From Lama guanicoe (taxonomy: Eukaryota): 64,000 nt of DNA. How positions within the stretch are numbered: the first letter of the stretch is position 1; the number at the start of each line of letters is the position of its first letter. Made by a program: the position numbers and the translations under genes. This document shows, piece after piece, positions 53,952 through 64,000 of this stretch. Where the stretch lies: assembly GCA_013239625.1 (NCBI GenBank), contig MU054212.1, forward strand, positions 3,997,922 through 4,061,921, read 5' to 3'. The notes below the pieces were generated by a model. It saw only the letters and a list, made by a program, of their open reading frames with translations, had not been told where the DNA came from and ran no database searches.

Positions 53952-56900
53952 GCAGATGAGAGCTGGGTCAGTAATTCAGAGCCCTCACCTGGCTGAGTGC
54001 ACATTTACGAGATTTAGCTGAAATGAATCTATTCTATGTCTATATCCCCAAGTCCCTCAGCCTCTGGAAGTCAGCCTTTTCTTTGATACTTTCCTACAAT
54101 CACATGAGCCTCCATTTGAAGTAACTGACGGAAAAACCAGTGGCTTCCCCAGCATTTCTAAGGACCCTTCAATAGGGGCAGGGCGTATGTGTCTAAATAC
54201 ATGGCGTGTCTACATCACTTACTCTGATCTTGGACTTACTGCTTTTGTTTTCACCTACAGCTTTTTTTTTTTTGTCTGTATACCTAGCAGTCTTCACTCC
54301 TCTTACTTTATCCCAAATATAGACAAAACATCATGTAGACACTTCCAAAAGCACCACTGTATTCAGCCATTTATTCTTTTTATTTTTTACTGAGTAACTA
54401 CTGTGTGCCAGGAGATATTCCTGTCTTTGTACCCCGCACTGAAAAAAACAAAAGTGTACCATGGTGATTTATACAATGTGTGGAGATTTCCCCAGATATA
54501 GAAGGGTAATGGGTGACAGCTGTAGCTGGGAACAATACTAATAGTCAGATATCATGATTCCTGAGCCACAGGACTTCCCTTCATGAGGACCTAGCCGGGT
54601 GCCTTGTGGCTGACTCACGCCCTCTCTCTCTGCAGAAGTCTTGCTTCATCATCTCTTTCCCTCAAGTCCAGGGACTCCCCTAAAACTTTTCTCTTTTGAG
54701 CTACCAAAAGAAAATGGGAAACTGATTTTAAGAAGATAGAACAAGGTCATTTGTCTCATTTTAGCATCTTTACATAACCTAAAGTCCCAGGACAGCGCTC
54801 AAACAAGAGAGCCTCCTTTCTGGATTGGATTCATCAGAGGTCAAGAGAAGCCTACAGAGACCATCTTTCCCTCTTGGAAAATGCAGTCCATCACTATCAA
54901 CGCAGTGGATCAATGAAGCGTTCTGCACAACGGCTGATGATTAAGCTCTGTGGATTAGATTATGATGGAGGGCAGATGGTTGGCCTGGTCCTGGGGTGAA
55001 GTGAAGATGTGCTGCTGCCCAACTAGGGAAAATCAAATCTCTCTGCTGTATTTGTTTTCCTGACAGCATATTGAAAAAGCATTGACCTGATCAATGGCTG
55101 CAAACCAGATCTCAGTGATGTGCTGAGTTATTCCAAAAGAAAGAGACCACATATGGAAAAGCAGCTGCAATGGGAGTTACTTCCTGATTACGTTTACAAT
55201 AATCCACTGTCTTTCTCTAAGGCCATCTATTTCCAGCCCTAGTCAAATTATCAGTTAATATAAATACGGTAGGACTTCTACATCTACATTGTTCTAGTCT
55301 TGTTCTGGTGGCACTCATCTGTGCCATTCTTCAATTTAGTTAACAACTGGAAGGCAGTGGGCAGTTCCAGGGGCTAACCTTCCTTGCTTGCTAATACCCC
55401 AAGCATCAAAGAATCAATGTGGGGGTTCTGGCATTGGCAGAGTGTATCTTTCCCCACTAGGCATTCAAAATGTGAGGAAATTATCTCATTTTATATAATG
55501 CACAGTCACTCTGGTTGATAATTCTAGGTCCCTTTGAGGAATCTCTAGGGAAGTTAAAAAACACAGGGTACTTCTTCAAAAGAATCTGACATACTTTTCA
55601 TTTCAGGGGCTCTGAGTCTAGAAATTGGGTGAGAGGCCATGACTCCCTATTGTGCCAAAAATCTAAAAATGAGACCTGGAATGTTTTAAATTACAACAGT
55701 CAAGTAGGTAGTAGGGAGCTGTTCTATTTCAGTCCACTGGACACAATGATCTGTTTGTCTCCACCCTTGATTCCTGTGGCTTAAGGCATTTTGATCACTG
55801 CTTTAGCCGGCTGCTCACTTGGGAATCAGGTCCACTTGTCTCTGGCCTTCAAGCTTCAGCAGTCACTTGGCCTCTGCCACCTCTCCAGGATCCCATTATC
55901 CCCCCACTGAATTTAGGAAGTCCATTTCAATGGAGTTCCTTCCTATAAAATCACCCGTGGTCTCACTGGATGTTTCTTCTTGCCCTGATGAAGGAACGTC
56001 CTTAAAATTTATCTAGGTAACACAGTGAGGGGGTGAGTGGCACGCCCTACTTGATATATGAGTACTAGCTTTCTGCCTTTCTTTGTATACCTTCATCTAT
56101 GTTATACTCTGGAAATCCTTGCTTTTCAGTTTCATTTAGCCTTGGCCAGTGTGGAACCAGGTCCCCGTCTGCTGACCAAGTAATCTGGTGAGCCACAATG
56201 GTTCACTCTAATGTCAAACATCTTTAATCCACTCTATCTAGGAAAATATAATTATGTTAATAAATGTGGCTTAATCCAACCTTTGTTTTCTGTCTCCCTG
56301 TGCTAGAGCCCTCAGAATGCATTTGTGGCAATCCTCCCCAGCTTGCCAGGATATAAATTAGCCAGATCTTCCAGTTCCTTTGATGGATAAGCCATCCCAT
56401 CCCTCCCAAGTCATTCTCCTGTGATCTGAGTGTGGTTCTGGGTCTGGAAGCAATGCAAAGGGCTGAGGCACATCTTGAAGAGCCAGCAACTCCAGGCAAA
56501 ATAACTGCCTCAAGTACAGCCCTACAGCTTCTTCAGACAGGGGAAGAAGGGCTCCTTCTACTTCAAGGAGGTTCAGTGGAATTCGGCAGTTCAAATCCAT
56601 CAGAATCTATTCCAAATCCCCACTTCTCGCCAATACGTACCCTAACTCTCACATACGATACCAAGCAAGGCTGTGAATTCAATGTGCTTTGTCATTTTGC
56701 AACAGGCAGCATCAGACTTTGAGCCAGGTTTTCCAAATATGTAGTCATGCATTTGGCTACAAGAACAAGACAAATTTTAGGGAGCTCTCTTATTTTCTGA
56801 TCATGCTTTGAGCTAAAAATGGAAAACGCCTGAGCTTTTCAATTTCTCTTTGTAGAAAGAAGTAATACAGTCAGAAACAGCTAGGCTACCCGCCAGTTCT

Positions 56901-59900
56901 TGTCGTCATCATTTACAACAGAATGTTTTCTTGTAGCAGTCTCTTTGCATCCCAAATCTTTATCTTTAATAGGCACTTCATTTTAGGCAACTACAATAAT
57001 GTTTTAATGATTATTTAAAAATCTTTGACTGTCATAGGCCATGGCCATGAGGTTGTTTTATCTCCAAACTTAACCAGGCACAAGCTTATCCCAGATCCTT
57101 TCTCATTTTCAAAATCTATTTTTAGGACCACTTCCAGTACCAAATACATTCTCAGAAGGTCCTACCTGGACAAGAGTGGCTATTTGAATTATTTCAGGTC
57201 GGGGGGAATTTAGTGGATGGCTTAGAAGCTTTCCTAATTGCTGGAATGCCTGGAGAAGCCAAGGTCACGGAAGATCTCTGTTAACTCTCAGGTTCTCTAC
57301 TGCCTTACAGAGGGGCAAGGAATTTCACAAGCTGCGGGAAACTCTTAGGAATTAACTCAATTTCCTGTAATATCAAAGTAGGCGATTCACTAGGAAATAG
57401 CTGGAGATCAATGAAAAACCTCAAATCTGCTAAAGACCAGGTTTCTGCCCAACACTGACACAGAGCAATTATATGAATTCTGCTTTTTCTTTGCACCTTT
57501 CCAATCTCTCACAAATGCTGTTCGTCGGCCAAATGCAGCCTGGAATCCAACTGGCAAGGGATTCTGAGAAATATAATGGCCAGGTTTCTAGCCACTAAAA
57601 ATGGGGAAAGGTTAAGGTGGGGAAGCAGGGCTGGGCTACACAGGCAGCCCAGACAGCACAATGAGCCTTTCTGACATAGTCTATGAATTTGATTTTTTTT
57701 AACTTTGTATACAAAGAGATAATTAAAGGTATTTATGTATTTACATCTTTACTTATGTACTACACTGTGGATGTTGATTAAAATGTTCATGGTTCAACTA
57801 CACAGAACAAGAACCATCAGCGCCTACATGCATTCATTCTGAGGTTGATTTTTGCTAACATGATTTTGTGGTTAGAAAAAAAAAACACCCAGCATGGAAA
57901 GAACCACATCTTGGCTGATTACAGTGATATAAAAAACAGATTAATGTATAGCAAACAACAACAAAAAGCAAGAGCAATGCAACACAGCTAACATTTTTGC
58001 AAAGCTTAATTACATCCTTTCAAAAATGAAAATCACACAACAGAACAAAGAATTAAATATCTGAATGAGAAGAGAGTAAGTCCTTAGCATCCAAAATAAA
58101 ATCCTTTTGTTGTTGTTTATAACTAGTGAGACAGAGTACATGTTGGCTGAATATAATCTGAAAGTGAATTAGTCAAGACCTTTCATGGTTCCCTTCTTCT
58201 GTCTAAGAAATGTAAAACTGAAATATTTGTATTATTATCAAAATTAAGTCATCTAATGATATTTGGCACAATCACTAGTATTCTTTTTATTTCTCCCACT
58301 GAAACCTGTATTTTTTCAGGATTTTATCCCAACCAGTCATTTAAAAACCAAGTAACACAGACCTGGGGGGTAGGGGTTGAGAACTGCACCTCCTTCCTAC
58401 TCAGCATGAACAGCAACTGGTACGTGTAACACGTATGGCTATTTTGATAGTTTATAATCTTTCAATCTATATGACATCATCTAACACAGTGCCTGGACAG
58501 GGTCAGTACCAAATAAAGATTTGTTGAATTAGTGAAAAAAAATGCAGACTATGCATTTTAAAGATTGTACAAAGAATGCTGAACTGGCATACTAATGCTT
58601 TTAATCACTGAGGCAGAAATCAAGAAAGAGGCAGTTAATTTTAGCTGCCGTGAGTCAATTCATTGTGTGAAGTTGGGAAAATCATTTCAAATCCATGCAC
58701 CTCATTGGTAAAGACTAGTTTGGGGTTCATTCCAAGGTGTACTCTCAGCCAGCACTCATGGCTACTAACCGGTGGAGGGGAGAGAGGCACTGCCTTCTAA
58801 TTCCCAATCAGGGGGTAGATTTTCTTTTTCTTTTTCTTTTTTTTTTAAAAAAGTAAGGAACTGTACCCTAGATTTCCTCAGAGTCCATAAGAATCCTATC
58901 TCAGAGATTCCAGTTGCCTCCTGTCTGAGATGTCCCGACAACTGGTCCTGATTTCCTCACACACCTGTGGACACGAAGAACCCAAATTTGTCCCAGCAAC
59001 GCTTGGACTGGAGTAATTTTCCCTGATGTTTTATCATCTTTCTTGGTTCTGTTTAAAAACACTGATTTGATCCAAGATTCAGAGGTTAACTGAGATCTTA
59101 TAGCAGTTTTATGCATACATGTCAATTATTTAATGATTATGACAGAAAGCCTAAGCGATGAGAATTTTTAGGTGATTTTTGCCTGCTATCGCTATTTTCA
59201 TTTTAATTCAGCGTGCTTTTCACAAAGACTGTGGGTGGGGCCACATGCAGTTGTTTCTTACATCATATTGCCTATCAATACAAATATCCTACTTTGTTTG
59301 GTTTGGATTAGCTTGTTCTTAATTACTTGTTTGTTTTAAACAGGTACCTGAGTAGTTATTAGGCCTGGTATTGACCTGGCTTTATTTAAACTAAACTCTT
59401 ATTATGATTTCTAACCATGGCAATGTGAGCTTTACCCTAAGAATACTAGAACCTTAAACATACATGCAGGTTTCCAGCTAGCTACTGATTTTAATACTAT
59501 AAAATACAAAACTTGAACCTTGCCTCAATGACACAATGAAAATAAAGCATTTATTTAAAATTGTCAGGGTTCTTGTTTTTCAGGCTGGGTTCTCTAAAAA
59601 AAATGATCCTCCTTATTTTCATAAAAGCATTTTCTTGAGAAAATGAGGGAAATTTGCTTATTTAATTTTTCTGACATCCCAGAATTTTGATCTGATTTTT
59701 CCAAATTTTTCTTATTCTTTATACTAGCTACAAGTCAGTGTAACAGCACGTATTACTGAAGGAAAAAGAATACAAAAATGAAGTCCACCAGAGCATTTCT
59801 AAGCTGCGATGGAGTACAACAGAGACAGAATGAATTTAATGTAGGCAAATGTAATCAGCCACAGTATAAGAAAGCTTAATTTATTATATCCTTAGGGAGA

Positions 59901-60454
59901 AACAAAATCTAAGTCTAAAGACAATTATAATTGTAAGAGAAATGAAGAACAAATTAAAACAAACAAACAAACAAAGCCCATTTTACAACAGATTATTCCT
60001 GAAAAAAAAAAAAACCCAGCATATTAAAATTTGTGGCCAGCAAGGCTTGGACTGGAATAACTGTGTCCTTTTCCCTTGAATGTGACCCTACGTATTATTC
60101 AGGAATCTTGAACTCAAATCAATTATAATATTATACACTCCACTTATGCTTTTGTCTATGGTACTATCAATGCATTTTTACTGGCTTATCTAGAAATTAG
60201 TCAGCTTCAGATTTATTCATTATTTTGTACAACGTTTATTTCCATCAGTTCCATACCTTGGCACACTGTCACTAGAGAAAGATATGATGATATCAGCGAG
60301 GAAAGAAGGGATAATTAATTAATTTGGGATTGGAGAGAACCTTGTGCTTTTAATATTAATATTGAAAACTCATCTGATATCATAATTTAATAGTCTGTAA
60401 ATCCTTACATAGTCTACTGTGGGTCTGTTAAGTGAACAGTTCTTTGGGCCAGAA

Positions 60455-60655
60455 ATTGTGGTAGGTGCTACACACAAATGACTTTATTCAACACTCACAA
60501 GAATCCTGATGGCTCAGTAGGTATTAACCCTAGTTTATAAATTAGACAATGGAGGATTAAAGATTAAACAAATTTTTTCATCTTATATATGCAGCATGGG
60601 GCTAGAGTTAAAAGCCAAGTATCTTTAACTACAAAATCTATAGTCTTTCTATGAC
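60455..60655 (-). mobile_element. MIR SINE
   Basis: attcaacactcacaagaatcctg...taggtattaaccctagtttataaattagacaatggagg. Confidence 0.55.
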
Positions 60656-60703
60656 ACTTTGCTATTTCTTTCTAGTTACATTATTCTTTTGAAGTAGATT
60701 ATT

Positions 60704-60845
60704 GGGGTGAGGGGAGAATATAGCTCAGTGGTAGAGCACATGCTTAGCATTCACAAGGCTCTGGGTTCAATTACCAGTACCTCCCCTAAAAAAAAAAAAA
60801 AACTTAATTACCTTCCCCCCAACACAGAAAATAAAATTTAAAAAA
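60704..60845 (+). mobile_element. Camelid-type tRNA-derived SINE
   Basis: ggggagaatatagctcagtggtagagcacatgcttagcattcacaaggctctgggttcaattaccagtacctcc, then poly(A) and a cttaattaccttcccccc tail segment. Confidence 0.9.
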
Positions 60846-60969
60846 TTGTATTATTAATCAGACTTTTTCCATCCTTAATTTATGCATAATCATATTGTCA
60901 GATTTTCATTAATCCAGAGTAGATCTGCAGACAAGCTAAGGTTAAGACCTGGTGGAGTCTGGACTGTGT

Positions 60970-61160
60970 AATACTTCATTGACTGGAATAGGCTCACTTG
61001 TTCATATTTTAACATCTTTGAAATCAGGATGGCCTTATAATTGATGATAATGAAGTATCTCTCATGGTTTGATTATAATAGTTTAATTTTTCTTTCTTAG
61101 CTGTACTTAAATTAATGGTGTGCTTTCAATCGACAGTTCCTTAGATTAGATGAAATACGG
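60970..61160. mobile_element. MER104/Kanga-like TcMar-Tc2 MITE
   Basis: catattttaacatctttgaaatcaggatg...ttttctttcttagctgtac...cttagattagatgaaatacgg followed by TA. Confidence 0.7.
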
Positions 61161-62169
61161 TACTTAGCTCTTACATGAAGAGAAATTAGGCAAAACCGGG
61201 TCATCCGGATTCATGCCCAGCTCCACTCCATGCCATCCCTAAACAGGGCTAGGAAAGGAGGTGCTCTGTTTCAAGGTGGTGTGAATTTCAGAGTTTTACC
61301 TCCCATTGTCATTATTATCTGTTTACTTCCCCTGAGGCCCAGTTTTAACAATGGAATTTCTGCTGCTTCTCAAAATTTCCCCGGATAATTGAAAAATGAT
61401 GTTAATTTTACAATTCTTTCAAGTTATCTATAGTCTCTTCCTTCCATTCTTTTTTAGTCATGTTAACTATGAATCTTTTATTAAGGGTTATTCCCATAAT
61501 TTCTTTAAAATATAAAAAAAATAGATTTTTGGGGGCTATACTCTGAATGTATAGGATTTTATATGTATATATAGGATTTTAAGTGATTATTACATATCTT
61601 GTTTATTCTTGTTGCTCCCTTATTACTGTCCATTTGTATATAAGGATATCAGAATTTTTCCACTATGTAAACTTTCAGTTACTAAAGGGCTTAACAAACT
61701 ATTGAAACAGAAGTGATTTTTATTGTTGTGTGAAACATTATCCATTTTGAAGCATCTCCAAAACTCTGCCCCCTTCCTTTACCACTTTCATAATTCTTTC
61801 ACTAATGCCCAGGGAAAAATTGATCTTTTCATCCTCAGGACATCTTCATAGCTTCTGTTGTAGAGAAGGCTCACGGTTTCCTCTTATATAAAATGGGTGG
61901 TAATGACATTACCTACCTATCTTCCTTATAGGATAAGTTAGTTAATACCTATAAAGCTTAAAAGAAATGTCTGGCTTATCATAAATTCCTACAAGGCAAA
62001 GACTATGTTGCATGTACCTTGGTTTCCCTTTAAATGCCTGAAATTGTGCCTTATATATTCTGAAAATCCTGTTTTTTATTGATGGGCAAACTCCCCACCC
62101 TAATTGGAACTATAAGGCTTACCTGATACTGTGGGAGGTGGGGTGGGTAGCTCTCCCCATTTAAACTTG

Positions 62170-62400
62170 GTATAGTGGAAATAAAATAGGCCTCGGACTC
62201 AGGTTAACCTGAATGAAATCCCAGTTGCCTTTCACTTTGATGTTGGGGGTCACTTAGAACTCTTGAGCTCCAATCTGCTTCTGTAAAAAATGAGTAATAT
62301 TTATCCTACATGATGGAATTCAAATTATATAATGTATGTAAAGGACCTAGCCCAATGCTTGACATAAACAGTAACTACTGATAATTACTATTGTTGCTAT
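62170..62400 (+). mobile_element. MIR SINE
   Basis: cacttagaactcttgagctccaatctgcttctgtaaaaaatgagtaata...tgtatgtaaaggacctagcccaatgcttgacata. Confidence 0.65.
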
Positions 62401-64000
62401 TAAAAAATGATTACCTTTAGCAGATTACTTACTACCATTAAATCTCAATTTATCAATGGGACTAACATTGCATAATTAAAAAGAGAATTAAGATTACAAA
62501 GAGAATTACATTGTATTAGTAAAGTTCTTATTAAAACATTTTCACAGAGTGGTGTTTCATAAATGATTTTTGTCCTCCATTCTCCCAGTCCCTTTCTCAC
62601 ATCTTATTCCTTGATCTAACAAAGGGGCAATTTCCTTGTTTTTTTCAAAGAGAGATTTCTAAAAGTTCCCTGACTCTTGAGCGTGTTGTGCTGTTGTGGA
62701 AACTAGCAAAATGAAAGCCAAAGGACTTTGGACCTTTAGGTTAGAAAAGTTATGGAAACACTTGGAATAACCTTGACTGATCTCCCATCACCATGACCAT
62801 GGAGCATTCTATAACTTCCCATGAATGTCTCCAGTCTTAGATTTACAATGATGTAGAGAGAATTGACCCTTCAGCTCTTATACATAGTATCCCAGAGGAG
62901 TCCGTTATGTAGTTTCTATATTTGTTTCTCAAGGGTTTTTTTTTTTAGAGTTGTGCTTCCTTTGTCTGAATAAAATGAAAAGATCCTAAAACAATAACAG
63001 AAACAGAGTGATGGCATTCCTCTCCTAACATCCTGAAGGAGAAATTCTATGAAAAACCCTAGTCCTATGTTTCTACAAAGCTACCTAAATCAGATGAGAA
63101 AGCGTATATCGGTCTGCAGACTTGCACTGGAGCACCACTGTTACAGAGGATGGAATTTTATACTGATGGCACAATTCGTCCGTAAATCGTTATTATTATC
63201 TCCTTATTAAAAGATCAGAATTCAGAGCACAATTGTCATGCTTGCCAACCTGGCCATGAAGTTGTTAGCGATACTGACAGTCCAATTACAGTTGTGCTTA
63301 TTTCTTCACTGACTGGAATCATGGCAATTTCAGAGGATGTGAAAGCACAAAGGTACTTGTGAACAGTCAAGGTGGTTGGAGTCTCCCACATTCAGGAACA
63401 GTATCGTGGGAGCATCCATCTAAGACTACATGGTAGGATCACTGTAAATTTCTAATGTTTTATGTGCCCCACCTTCCCTAAGAACCACAAGGTGTGACAC
63501 ACAAGTACAATAAAAAGCTCTAACTAGAGCCATAACACCAGTGAATTTCTTTTCTGTACTCTGCTTCAGCAAGAAAGAAGCAAAGCATAATGAAATAAAC
63601 CAATATCTGGTCAGTTCAGATTCAGAGCTCAATACACTACAGCTTATTACCTCAACAACAATTCATACTGACCCCAAGGCACTGCAGAGTCATCAATCAT
63701 AAAAGAAATATTAAATTAGCTTTAGTATACTGTACTTAGCAAGGCTGTAAATGCATTTTGCAAAGATTTTGTTCAGCTACTTAGGCTAAAACAAAACAGG
63801 TTTTTCTTCTTAACCCCTCAGTTATCCAGAAAAATTCTATCTCTGAGAAGTTAACACAGCTCTATTCATGAGAGGTTAATGGTTCCCTAATCATACAAAC
63901 AATTGCTAAAATGGGTCTTCCTGGGATCTTTAATTTTACCAGCAGGTGTAATATACATTATGAAATGTAAAGAACATATCTAAGGGGGCTCACCTTGAAG

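Noticed and set aside
54789..54800. REST half-sites (ggacagcgc here; gcgctgtcc near 14783)
   Set aside because: Isolated right halves without a correctly spaced left half.
55700..56220. Possible LTR with TATA-like cctataaaa at ~55942
   Set aside because: Could not define termini, TSD or family from the sequence alone.
60711..60785. tRNA-Ala gene (also 13345-13421, 24720-24796, 45041-45116)
   Set aside because: Broken stems, A-rich tails and TSDs indicate SINEs, not functional tRNAs.

Overview
Mammalian genomic DNA, most likely camelid: it carries tRNA-Ala-derived Vic-type SINEs, and the signal peptide resembles the artiodactyl N-cadherin sequence as I recall it. The window contains the 5' end of CDH2 (N-cadherin) on the minus strand. 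Coding exon 1 is 31716-31657 (MCRIVGAPRTLLPLLAALLQ), intron 1 is 27,587 bp (4070-31656), and exon 2 is 4069-3958 ([37 protein letters not shown]), followed by the first ~4 kb of intron 2. A ~3 kb CpG island (~30000-33120) covers the promoter, and a 107-N assembly gap lies in the 5'UTR. The upstream ~31 kb appears gene-free. The rest is ordinary interspersed repeats (SINE, MIR, L1/HAL1, L2, MER20, MER58, MER5A, Charlie4a, Tigger1, MER104, MLT1, ERVL LTR) and microsatellites. Repeat family names come from recalled consensus sequences, not a database search, and old-repeat boundaries are approximate. I found no convincing novel biological system. The best leads are regulatory: a 5'UTR G-quadruplex, an in-frame upstream CUG before a weak-Kozak AUG, convergent CTCF-like motifs bracketing the island, an RE1-like site, an E-box cluster in intron 1, and an atypical L1 insertion.
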